Part shown: piece after piece, positions 10,689 to 19,930 of the stretch
Position numbering within the stretch: position 1 is the first letter of the stretch
Layout: each line of letters begins with the position of its first letter
NCBI GenBank assembly: GCA_047920975.1
Contig: JBLRXC010000004.1
Coordinates: 1 to 59,519, forward strand
DNA: 59,519 nucleotides
Origin: Bacteroidales bacterium
GTDB taxonomy: Bacteria; Bacteroidota; Bacteroidia; Bacteroidales; JAADJA01
Direction of reading: 5' to 3'
The notes under the pieces: model-generated
Database searches by the model: none
Seen by the model: only the letters and a program-made list of their open reading frames with translations
Told to the model about the DNA's origin: nothing
Made by a program: the position numbers and the translations under genes

Positions 10689-13600
10689 ATGGACCACTAT
10701 AAAAAAATAAATGCCATCATCGGATGGATTGTCTTCACTATTGCTTCTGTTGTATATATCGTCACTACTGAACCCACTGCCAGTTTCTGGGATTGTGGTG
10801 AATACATTGCAACTGCTTATAAGCTCCAGGTAGGCCACCCTCCCGGAGCACCTCTGTTCCAGCTTGCCGGAAGATTTTTCAGCCTCTTTGCATTTGGGAA
10901 TACTGCATGGGTCGCACAAATGGTGAATATTATGTCGGCTTTGAGCAGCAGTTTCACCATTCTGTTTCTTTTCTGGAGTATAACCATGCTTTTAAAAAAA
11001 TTAGTGCTTTTAAACGGTGAAATGAATGCAGCCCGGATGATTGCAATCTTTGGGAGTGCTACCGTTGGATCGCTGGCCTATACTTTTTCCGATTCATTCT
11101 GGTTTTCCGCTGTTGAGGGAGAGGTTTATGCCTTGTCCTCATTGTTTACAGCCATCGTTTTCTGGGCTATTCTAAAATGGGACGAAAAAGCAGATGAACC
11201 CCACTCCTTGCGCTGGCTTATCTTCATAGCGTATTTCATTGGCCTCTCCATTGGTGTGCACCTGCTTAACCTGCTGGCCATACCCGCCATTGCTTTGGTA
11301 TACTATTTCCGCAAACACAAAAATCCGGGATTTTGGGGGGTGTTGCTAACCTTTCTTATCTCCCTTGTCTTTCTCGGATTGATCATGAACGGTATCATAC
11401 CCTGGATTGTCAGGCTGGCAGCAGGGTTTGAACTATTTTTTGTCAACACTTTTGGCCTCCCGTTTAACACAGGGACTGTTATCTACTTTGTGCTCCTCTC
11501 CGGGGCTATAGTATGGGGAATATACAAATCATATGCAAAAGGAAAAGTCATCATTAACACTGTTCTATGGGGGTTCACTTTCATCCTGATTGGTTATTCC
11601 TCTTTCTTCATGCTTGTCATCCGTTCGAATGCAAACACACCGATTGACCAAAACAATCCTGAGAATGCGATCAACTTACTTACTTACCTCAACAGGGAGC
11701 AATACGGTGACTGGCCAATATTACATGGTAATTACTTCAATGCCCCGATTGTGGACCGGAAAGACCGGAATCCGGTTTACCGACGGAGCAATGAACAGGG
11801 GAAATACATTGTAATCTACGACAGGAAAGGAACCATTCCGGTGTATGACCCTGAGTTTATGACCATATTCCCACGGATGTGGAACAACACCGAGAAGAGA
11901 TATATTGATGATTATAAGGATTGGAGTAAACTGAAGGGTGTTTCAAAAATGGTGAGGGACGAGCGCGGTGAAATGACTGAATTGTTAAAGCCTACATTCA
12001 GGGAAAACCTGAGATTTTTCTTCCGGTACCAGATAAATCACATGTATTTCAGGTATTTTATGTGGAACTTCTCAGGCAGGCAGGATGATCTCCAGGGTTT
12101 TTCTGACCGTGCCAACGGAAACTGGATCACAGGCATTCCGCTGATTGATCATACACGGCTGGGACCTGTACTGAATACGCCTGATAGCCTTGCCAACAAA
12201 GCACAAAACAAATTTTATATGTTGCCTTTATTGCTTGGATTGATAGGCCTGGTATTTCAATTACGCAAAGACTGGAAAAACTCAACAGTAATTTTTGCTT
12301 TGTTTATCATGACCGGTATAGCCATTGTTGTTTATCTCAATCAACACTCACCCCAACCTCGTGAACGGGATTATGCTTATGCCGCTTCATTCTATGCTTT
12401 TGCTATGTGGATTGGTATAGGTGTATACGCTCTATTCACGGTTGCCGGAAAATGGACAGGTCCAAAAACAGCTGCATACGCGATTTCCGGGATTACGCTC
12501 ATCCTCGTTCCTGCCATCATGGCCAGGGAGGGTTGGGATGACCATGACCGTTCAAACAGATATTCAGCACTTGCTATGGCTAAAAATTATCTGAATTCCT
12601 GTGCACCCCATGCAATCCTTTTCACCAATGGCGACAATGATACTTTTCCTCTGTGGTATGCGCAGGAGGTGGAAGGAATCCGGACAGATGTCAGGGTGGT
12701 TAACCTCAGCCTGCTTAACACTGAATGGTATATTGAACAACTCAGGCGAAAGGCTTATGATGCTGATCCCGTTCCTTTTTCTCTCCCCTGGGATCAATAC
12801 AAAGATGGTACGCGAAATTACTCCTATTTCGTCGAAAGGGATAACATCACGGGACATGTTGAGTTGAAACAGCTTTTTGACCTGTTGCGAACCAATCCTG
12901 AAAGGCTAACCATGCAAACACGACTTGGCCCTATTGAGTATTTACCCTCCAGGAGATTCAGGATAACCGTTGACTCAGCCCAGGTGCTAAGTACTGGTAC
13001 GATTCGCCCTGAACTTGCCAGCAAGATGGAAAAGGAGATTACATGGGAAGTCAGTGGCGCTGGAATTGGGAAAAACCACCTGATGGTGCTCGACCTTTTG
13101 GCAAATAACAACTGGGTAAGGCCGGTCTATTTTGCCATAACAACCGGGTCAAGCTCCTTTGTTGGATTGGAAAATTATTTCCAGTTGGAAGGTCTTGCTT
13201 ACAGGCTGGTTCCTATTAAAACCGTCCGCCGTGACGGGATGACCGGCAGAACCGACACAAAAATCATGGTTGACAACCTGATCAATAAATTTGATTTTGG
13301 CAATATGGGTGATCAGAGCGTATATCTCGATGAAACAAACGTAAGAATGGCGATGAATCTGCGCAACGTCTTCAGCAGACTTTCCTTAGCCCTGGCTGAT
13401 GAATCCAGAAGAGACTCAGCACATCAGGTTGTAGAACATTGCCTGGAATTGATTCCTGATGAACAATTGCCATATAATTACTTCACTATCTTTTTTGGAG
13501 AAACCTATTATAAAACCGGAAATTTCACAAAAGGAAACGAATTATTCAACATACTCATCAACAATTTTGAAGAGCAACTTGAATACTACTTTGCATTTTC

Positions 13601-13748
13601 AGGCAAACGTGCCAACGCCTATGATGTAAAGCGCAGGCAAACAATGGGTATGTTAAGCCGTGTGGTTCAACTGGCCGACAGGTACGATCAAAAAGAAATG
13701 TCAGGCAGAGGCAGGGAAATTCTGGAGAAATACTTTGATCAAATGTAA
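10689..13748 (+). CDS. DUF2723 / TMEM260-like multipass membrane glycosyltransferase
   Basis: SFWDCGEYI, VGHPPGAP, FWFSAVEGEVYA, RERDYAY, LFTNGDNDTFPLWY; many TM helices and a C-terminal helical domain. Confidence 0.88.
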   Translation: MDHYKKINAIIGWIVFTIASVVYIVTTEPTASFWDCGEYIATAYKLQVGHPPGAPLFQLAGRFFSLFAFGNTAWVAQMVNIMSALSSSFTILFLFWSITMLLKKLVLLNGEMNAARMIAIFGSATVGSLAYTFSDSFWFSAVEGEVYALSSLFTAIVFWAILKWDEKADEPHSLRWLIFIAYFIGLSIGVHLLNLLAIPAIALVYYFRKHKNPGFWGVLLTFLISLVFLGLIMNGIIPWIVRLAAGFELFFVNTFGLPFNTGTVIYFVLLSGAIVWGIYKSYAKGKVIINTVLWGFTFILIGYSSFFMLVIRSNANTPIDQNNPENAINLLTYLNREQYGDWPILHGNYFNAPIVDRKDRNPVYRRSNEQGKYIVIYDRKGTIPVYDPEFMTIFPRMWNNTEKRYIDDYKDWSKLKGVSKMVRDERGEMTELLKPTFRENLRFFFRYQINHMYFRYFMWNFSGRQDDLQGFSDRANGNWITGIPLIDHTRLGPVLNTPDSLANKAQNKFYMLPLLLGLIGLVFQLRKDWKNSTVIFALFIMTGIAIVVYLNQHSPQPRERDYAYAASFYAFAMWIGIGVYALFTVAGKWTGPKTAAYAISGITLILVPAIMAREGWDDHDRSNRYSALAMAKNYLNSCAPHAILFTNGDNDTFPLWYAQEVEGIRTDVRVVNLSLLNTEWYIEQLRRKAYDADPVPFSLPWDQYKDGTRNYSYFVERDNITGHVELKQLFDLLRTNPERLTMQTRLGPIEYLPSRRFRITVDSAQVLSTGTIRPELASKMEKEITWEVSGAGIGKNHLMVLDLLANNNWVRPVYFAITTGSSSFVGLENYFQLEGLAYRLVPIKTVRRDGMTGRTDTKIMVDNLINKFDFGNMGDQSVYLDETNVRMAMNLRNVFSRLSLALADESRRDSAHQVVEHCLELIPDEQLPYNYFTIFFGETYYKTGNFTKGNELFNILINNFEEQLEYYFAFSGKRANAYDVKRRQTMGMLSRVVQLADRYDQKEMSGRGREILEKYFDQM

Positions 13749-13912
13749 TTTTTTGTGCTTTTTAAGAAAACTCACATACGATACAGCCTGTGTAGAACAG
13801 ATAAAGGGTTTGACTTATCCCGTTTTTCGGCAGCACAAGACTAACATTGTAAACAATCTCTGCATTTTTTCAACTTATGTCAAAAAAATACGTTCTCTTT
13901 TTGAGATCTTTC

Positions 13913-13920
13913 TATATTTG
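13913..13920 (+). promoter_or_regulatory. Bacteroidota -7 promoter element (TATATTTG)
   Basis: Matches TAnnTTTG about 40 bp upstream of the C10 peptidase start. Confidence 0.6.
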
Positions 13921-13961
13921 CAGGCTTGAAGTTGAATTTTAATCATAAAATGGATATTATC

Positions 13962-16082
13962 ATGAAACGTTTGTTACTTAGTCTTTTGCTGGTTTTTTTC
14001 ATCAGCACAGCATTTCCTTCAAAAGTGGAAATGGAGGATGCCCGAACGATTGCCCTGAATGCCTATTTTCAGAAACTGAACAATGGTTATGCCCAGGTTA
14101 ACATTTCCGATCTCCTCATCACAGGTCACCATACCCTCAACATAAATGGTGAACCGGCCATCTATGCATTCAACTTCGAAGATTATGGATTTATCCTCAT
14201 TTCTGCCGAGGATGCACTTGAACCTGTCATTGGTTACGCACTCGACAGGCCTTTTATTGCTGACAAAGCACCGGATAATTTTATGGGTCTGATGCGCGAA
14301 TACAAAAATCATATTGAATTTCTCAGATCAAATAAAGTTGAAGCATCTCCTGAAATAATTCAACAATGGAGTGAACTCACTGGTTTCAATCCTGATGGTT
14401 TTAGTCCGAAAGGTGTCAGTGCAACGGTTGATCCCCTGCTTACCAACACCTGGAATCAGGACTGGCCCTATAACTATTACTGCCCCCTTGATCCGGCAGG
14501 ACCCGGAGGACGTGTTTATGTTGGTTGCGTGGCAACGGCCATGTCGATGATCATGCACTATTACCGGTATCCACATCAGGGTCAGGGTAGTAAGAGTTAT
14601 TACGTTTATCCTTACGGGACACTCACTGCAAATTTTGGCGAAACAACTTACGATTGGGATGGAATGGTTGACAATACAGGCAACCAGGTAAACCTGCCCA
14701 TTGCACTCATTGGTTACCATGCTGCCATCTCCGTGAGTATGAACTTTGGACCCGATGGATCGGGGGCTTACAGTTCGGATGTACCCTCAGCCATGTTTAA
14801 TTATTTTAAATATTCAAACACCATATCATACAAGCAGCGAAGTTTTTACCAGATCGCTACCTGGAAAAACATGATTCAAACCGAACTCAACTTGTCAAGA
14901 CCAATCTATTACTCTGGTGTGGAACCTGGTGGTGGTGGTCATGCCTTTGTTGTGGATGGATATAATCTCAATGACGATATGTACCACTTCAACTTCGGCT
15001 GGGGTGGTTACGGAAATGGATGGTTCCTGATCACTGATGCCGGTGGGTTCACCTCAAGCCAGGGTATGGTTCACAACATTGTGCCAGCCGATGTGAATTA
15101 TCCCTATGGCTGTACACCGGATTATGAGAGAAATTCCCTGGTAGGGTCATTCGAAGATGGTAGCGGACCCCTGGAAAACTATACTGCAAATGCAAATTGC
15201 AGTTGGTTAATCAACCCGCAAACCGAACAGGATTCAGTTAAAAGCCTTAAATTGAACTTTGTTGCACTCGATACCGATGTCAACGACATCATTACGATCT
15301 ACGACGGAGAGAATGTTGGTGCTGAGGTTCTGGGTACTTACTCAGGAACTACCTTGCCGCCGGGGTTTATCAACAGCACCGGCAATAAAGTGCTCATTGT
15401 ATTTGAAGCCAATGGAGATGCCACAACCGGATCCGGATGGAAAATAGAGTATGCTTCAATACTCCCCACATACTGCAGCGGACTCACTACTTTTACTACA
15501 CCCACCGGATCTTTTGACGACGGCAGCGGAAGTTTTTACTACCGCAACAACACGAACTGCATGTGGAAAATTGAACCACAGTGGGCCAACGGTGTAACCA
15601 TGACATTTACTGAATTTGACACCGAACCCGGAGCAGATGTTCTAAAAGTGTACAATGGCGCAAACAATCAATTGCTTGGAGAATTTTCAGGCAACCAGAT
15701 TCCTGATCCTATTTATGCTGAAAGCGGAAAACTTTTCCTTACTTTCCAGTCTAACGGTGCAATCAATCATGCCGGTTGGGCAATTGAATATGAAGCGGGC
15801 AATGTAAGTGTCAAGGATCCCCATGCTGCAGCCGAAGATTTGAGGGTTTACCCAAATCCCGCAACCAATATGCTGAATGTTTCATTCACCCGCAATGAGA
15901 TGACATCTTTCACAATCAAGCTTATTTCAATAACAGGGAAAGTGGTCTATTCCGAAAAAGTGACCAGTTTCTCCGGAAGTTATCTGAACAGCATTGACCT
16001 GAGGGAGATCAGCAACGGAGTTTATTTTCTTAACCTCATCACAGATACCGGCACATCTGCAGAAAAAGTGATTATCCGATAA
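13962..16082 (+). CDS. C10 (streptopain/interpain-like) cysteine peptidase with prodomain, two CUB domains and T9SS C-terminal domain
   Basis: Signal peptide; WNQDWPYN, VGCVATAM (Cys), GGHAFVVDGY (His), HFNFGWGG; CUB motifs YTANANCSWLI and YRNNTNCMWKI; CTD VYPNPA...GVYFL...KVIIR. Confidence 0.92.
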   Translation: MKRLLLSLLLVFFISTAFPSKVEMEDARTIALNAYFQKLNNGYAQVNISDLLITGHHTLNINGEPAIYAFNFEDYGFILISAEDALEPVIGYALDRPFIADKAPDNFMGLMREYKNHIEFLRSNKVEASPEIIQQWSELTGFNPDGFSPKGVSATVDPLLTNTWNQDWPYNYYCPLDPAGPGGRVYVGCVATAMSMIMHYYRYPHQGQGSKSYYVYPYGTLTANFGETTYDWDGMVDNTGNQVNLPIALIGYHAAISVSMNFGPDGSGAYSSDVPSAMFNYFKYSNTISYKQRSFYQIATWKNMIQTELNLSRPIYYSGVEPGGGGHAFVVDGYNLNDDMYHFNFGWGGYGNGWFLITDAGGFTSSQGMVHNIVPADVNYPYGCTPDYERNSLVGSFEDGSGPLENYTANANCSWLINPQTEQDSVKSLKLNFVALDTDVNDIITIYDGENVGAEVLGTYSGTTLPPGFINSTGNKVLIVFEANGDATTGSGWKIEYASILPTYCSGLTTFTTPTGSFDDGSGSFYYRNNTNCMWKIEPQWANGVTMTFTEFDTEPGADVLKVYNGANNQLLGEFSGNQIPDPIYAESGKLFLTFQSNGAINHAGWAIEYEAGNVSVKDPHAAAEDLRVYPNPATNMLNVSFTRNEMTSFTIKLISITGKVVYSEKVTSFSGSYLNSIDLREISNGVYFLNLITDTGTSAEKVIIR

Positions 16083-16104
16083 AAGAAATAATTAATGAAT
16101 TCAA

Positions 16105-16160
16105 AAAAGAGGCTGTATCAATTGACGAATCGCTCCATTTTTTGCAGCCTCTTTTCTTTT
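16105..16160 (+). terminator. Intrinsic terminator-like inverted repeat after the C10 peptidase
   Basis: AAAAGAGGCTGTA (16105-16117) pairs with TGCAGCCTCTTTT (16143-16155), followed by a T tract; the loop is long. Confidence 0.65.
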
Positions 16161-16286
16161 TCCTGGTCAACTTTTTTGCTTTGGCAAAAAAAATCTTCCT
16201 GGTTGGTAGAATCTTAATAAAAAAATTCCGTTCTTTGCACACCTTTTTGAAAACTTGATACAGATAAAACAGAAATAAGATTAGTC

Positions 16287-16523
16287 ATGTCAAATATTTG
16301 TCAGATTACCGGAAAGAAAGTGATTGTCGGAAACAAAGTTTCACACGCCAACAACAGAACGAAGCGGAGATTCTACCCAAACCTGCAGACAAAAAAATTC
16401 TTCCTTCCCGAAGAGGAGAAGTTTATCACCCTGAAAGTTTCTGCTGCCGGGATCAGGACCATCAACAAAAATGGGGTGTCAGCAGCAGTTAAAAAAGCCA
16501 GGGAAAAAGGTTTTCTGAAATAA
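16287..16523 (+). CDS. rpmB: 50S ribosomal protein L28
   Basis: [11 protein letters not shown]...[20 protein letters not shown]. Confidence 0.97.
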   Translation: MSNICQITGKKVIVGNKVSHANNRTKRRFYPNLQTKKFFLPEEEKFITLKVSAAGIRTINKNGVSAAVKKAREKGFLK

Positions 16524-16547
16524 TTGTAAGACTCAAAAATATAACCT

Positions 16548-16578
16548 AAGCTGTTACCCCGCCGTAACAGCTTTTTTT
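16548..16578 (+). terminator. Intrinsic terminator after rpmB
   Basis: AAGCTGTTAC-cccgcc-GTAACAGCTT followed by TTTTT. Confidence 0.85.
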
Positions 16579-16675
16579 CTTTCTCCAAAGGGCAGTTTTC
16601 AGAAATAAACATGCAACCACTCCGTTAACAAATATTAACTGTGCTAATTGGTAAAGTGCACTATTTTTGCATTTC

Positions 16676-17320
16676 ATGAACATCAGTTTTCTACCACTTT
16701 TAGTCATTTGGATTTTTTGCCTGTCCTTTAATTCCCTGGCTCAGGAAGATGATGCAAGGAAGTTGGTTCAATTTTCAGGAATTGTAGTAACGGCCGACAG
16801 TATTCAGCCTGTTCCTTTCACCAGTATTGTGATCCGGAATACATGGCGGGGAACTGTTGCCGATTATTATGGTTATTTTTCATTCGTTGCGCGAAAACTC
16901 GATACCATTGTTTTCTCTTCCATCGGATTCAAGAAAAGTATTTTTGTTATTCCTGATACGATCACCTCCGACAGATATTCACTCATCCAGGTAATGACTG
17001 CCGACACTATCCTGCTTTCTCAGACAGTAATTTATCCCTGGCCATCGAGGGAGGATTTTATTGCTGCATTTCTAAATTTTGATGTTCCTGAAGATGATTA
17101 TGAAAGGGCTAAGAAAAACCTTGAGGCTTCAAAAATAAGAAGTCTGGCCGAGTCCTATCCAATGGATGGCAGCCTGAACTATCAATACGCGATGCAACAG
17201 CACCGGGAAAGGCTATACTATATCGGTCAGACCCAGCCTATAACCATCTTGAATCCCTTTGCCTGGGCACAATTTATCCAGGCATGGAAAGATGGGAAGT
17301 TTAAACGCCAAAAGGATTAG
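16676..17320 (+). CDS. Exported protein with CarboxypepD_reg-like domain
   Basis: Signal peptide; VQFSGIV...GTVADYYGYFSF...DTIVFSSIGF. TATTTTTG promoter motif at 16662-16669 lies immediately upstream. Confidence 0.8.
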   Translation: MNISFLPLLVIWIFCLSFNSLAQEDDARKLVQFSGIVVTADSIQPVPFTSIVIRNTWRGTVADYYGYFSFVARKLDTIVFSSIGFKKSIFVIPDTITSDRYSLIQVMTADTILLSQTVIYPWPSREDFIAAFLNFDVPEDDYERAKKNLEASKIRSLAESYPMDGSLNYQYAMQQHRERLYYIGQTQPITILNPFAWAQFIQAWKDGKFKRQKD

Positions 17321-17326
17321 ACTACG

Positions 17327-19813
17327 ATGTCAAACGCAGGGATGAAGGTGGGATTAGCGATTGTATGCGCCGGATTAATTTTCAGTGCCACTGCACAGGA
17401 AAGAGCAATCGTTTACGGGAGAATTACAGATGACAGAAACCGTCCGCTGGAACTGGTGAATGTTGCTGTTTCCGGTTTGCCAGGCGGGACAACTACCGAC
17501 AGCCGGGGTCGGTATGAATTGGAAATACCGCCCAATAAACAATTATATGTAGCCTACTCTTTCATTGGATTTCAGAAACAAGTAGAGGAGGTCAACCTCC
17601 AACCAGGTGAAAGGTTGAAAATTGATAAGGCACTTAGTCCTTCATTTACTGAACTTCCTTTGGTACAGGTGGAGGACGATCAGATCAGGACTACCAATCT
17701 TATCAGGATTGATCCTAAGATAGCCATGAATATTCCCACGGCTTCCGACAAAATCCCAACGCTGCTGAAAACACTGCCGGGTGTTTCATCTGCGAATGAA
17801 CTCAGCTCCCAGTATTCAGTCAGAGGAGGAAACTTTGATGAAAACCTCGTTTATGTGAATGACATTGAGATTTACAGACCATTCCTGATCCGTTCAGGAC
17901 AACAGGAAGGCCTGAGTTTTGTGAATTCAGATCTTGTGTCATCTTTGTTGTTTTCAGCTGGTGGTTTTGACGCAAAATATGGTGATAAAATGTCTTCAGT
18001 CCTTGACCTTCAGTATAAAAAGCCCAACCAGTTTGGAGGCTCATTCTCTGGCAGTCTGCTCGGTGGTTCGGTTCACCTCGAAGGGGTGACAGAGAACAGG
18101 AAGTTTACATATCTCCTGGGTGTGCGGCACAAATCGAACCAATACCTGCTGAATGCCATGGAAACCAAAGGCGACTATAAGCCTACCTTCACTGATGTTC
18201 AGGTTTTGGCGTCCTATGCATTCTCGAACAAAGTTGAGCTCTCCTTTTTGGGGAACATAGCCAGAAACCAATACAAACTCGTTCCTGAAACAAGAGAAAC
18301 TGACTTTGGCACAGTACAGCAGGCACAGCGACTTACAATATATTTCGACGGACAAGAGGTTGATCGCTACCTTACATACCTTGGTGGATTAACACTGACA
18401 TACAAACCTGATCACAGAACAAGGTTAAAGTTTATCGCATCAGGATACCAGTCACTTGAATCAGAAACATATGATATTATCGGCCAATATTGGATAGGCC
18501 GGGTGGAGAACAACCCTGGCAGTGAAAATTTTGGAAATGTGGTGGAAACCCAGGGTGTTGGAACTTATATGAATCATGCACGTAACAATATGGATATCAA
18601 TGTTTTCAATGTTTCTCACATTGGAACACGTGAATTTGACGGAAGCCTGTTGAGATGGGGAGCAAAATATCAGAATGAATTTGTGGATGATCAAATGAAT
18701 GAATGGATTCTGATTGATTCGGCAGGTTACTCCCTCCCGCGGCCACCGGACTCTGTCGGATACAATGACCCCACACTCCAGCCCGATCATCCTTTTGAAT
18801 TATATGAGCTGATCAAAACCCGGGCGTCTATTCACTCGAACCGTGTTACAGCCTATATGCAGAACACCTGGGGTTCGCCCTCCGGACTTTCACTGCTTTC
18901 ATTTACAGCGGGTGTCAGGGCAAATTACTGGGACTACAACAATCAACTTGTGGTGAGTCCCCGGGCAACCCTTTCACTCAAACCTGAATGGGAAACCGAC
19001 ATATTATTCCGGTTATCTGCCGGCCTGTATTACCAGCCTCCGTTTTACCGTGAGCTTAAAAATCTGGATGGCAGGATAAATCCGGAGCAGAAAGCCCAGT
19101 CATCTTTCCAGTTTGTTGCTGCAAGTGACATGAACTTTGAAGCCTGGGACAGGTCTTTCAAATTTATAACAGAATTATATTACAAATACCTGAACAAGCT
19201 GATCCCCTATCTTGTAGACAATGTCAGGATCAGGTATTACTCTTTTGACAAATCATCAGGTTATACCACAGGAATCGACATGAAAGTGAGTGGAGAATTT
19301 GTCAAAGGGATTGAATCCTGGGCAAGCCTTTCCATTATGGGGACCAAAGAGAATGTCGCCGGTGATTATCACCTGAACAATCTGGGCACCTGGGTTGAAC
19401 CTGGTTTTATTCCAAGACCAACCGATCAACGGGTGAATTTCAGCATATTTTTCCAGGATTACCTGCCGATGAACCCTACTTACAGGATGAGCCTAACCCT
19501 ACTTTTCGGCAGTAGCTTACCCTTTGGCCCTCCAAATTCGCCAAAATACCAACACGCACTGCGTATGCCTCCTTATCGCCGTGTTGACATCGGATTCTCA
19601 AAAGAGATTATCGGTACACACACACGGCTTAAACCAGGGAATATTTTTGGTTTTTTTGATTCGCTTTTGCTTACAGCTGAAGTCTTAAATCTTCTGCAGG
19701 TGAATAATACAGTCTCTTACATCTGGGTGACTGACATCTATGGAAGACAGTATGCCGTTCCTAACTACCTGACTCCTCGTCAGTTAAATATAAAACTGAT
19801 GGCCACTTTTTAA
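17327..19813 (+). CDS. TonB-dependent receptor
   Basis: N-terminal CarboxypepD_reg-like domain; plug LPGVSS...YSVRGGNFDENLVYVND; beta-barrel ending in Phe. Confidence 0.9.
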   Translation: MSNAGMKVGLAIVCAGLIFSATAQERAIVYGRITDDRNRPLELVNVAVSGLPGGTTTDSRGRYELEIPPNKQLYVAYSFIGFQKQVEEVNLQPGERLKIDKALSPSFTELPLVQVEDDQIRTTNLIRIDPKIAMNIPTASDKIPTLLKTLPGVSSANELSSQYSVRGGNFDENLVYVNDIEIYRPFLIRSGQQEGLSFVNSDLVSSLLFSAGGFDAKYGDKMSSVLDLQYKKPNQFGGSFSGSLLGGSVHLEGVTENRKFTYLLGVRHKSNQYLLNAMETKGDYKPTFTDVQVLASYAFSNKVELSFLGNIARNQYKLVPETRETDFGTVQQAQRLTIYFDGQEVDRYLTYLGGLTLTYKPDHRTRLKFIASGYQSLESETYDIIGQYWIGRVENNPGSENFGNVVETQGVGTYMNHARNNMDINVFNVSHIGTREFDGSLLRWGAKYQNEFVDDQMNEWILIDSAGYSLPRPPDSVGYNDPTLQPDHPFELYELIKTRASIHSNRVTAYMQNTWGSPSGLSLLSFTAGVRANYWDYNNQLVVSPRATLSLKPEWETDILFRLSAGLYYQPPFYRELKNLDGRINPEQKAQSSFQFVAASDMNFEAWDRSFKFITELYYKYLNKLIPYLVDNVRIRYYSFDKSSGYTTGIDMKVSGEFVKGIESWASLSIMGTKENVAGDYHLNNLGTWVEPGFIPRPTDQRVNFSIFFQDYLPMNPTYRMSLTLLFGSSLPFGPPNSPKYQHALRMPPYRRVDIGFSKEIIGTHTRLKPGNIFGFFDSLLLTAEVLNLLQVNNTVSYIWVTDIYGRQYAVPNYLTPRQLNIKLMATF

Positions 19814-19881
19814 TCCTTGATTTTTCACATCATTTCCTTCATAAGTTCATGGGTTCTGCAAAATAACGTCTTGTTTTGTGC

Positions 19882-19889
19882 TAATTTTG
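19882..19889 (+). promoter_or_regulatory. Bacteroidota -7 promoter element (TAATTTTG) for mrdA-rodA
   Basis: TAnnTTTG about 40 bp upstream of the mrdA ATG. Confidence 0.6.
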
Positions 19890-19930
19890 CAACATGACCG
19901 GCCTCTATAAGTTAAAGGTCTGTACTTAAG

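Noticed and set aside
16105-16160. IS end or MITE
   Set aside because: The GAGGCTG...CAGCCTC arms recall IS-derived ends, but there is no transposase or target duplication; position and T tract fit a terminator.
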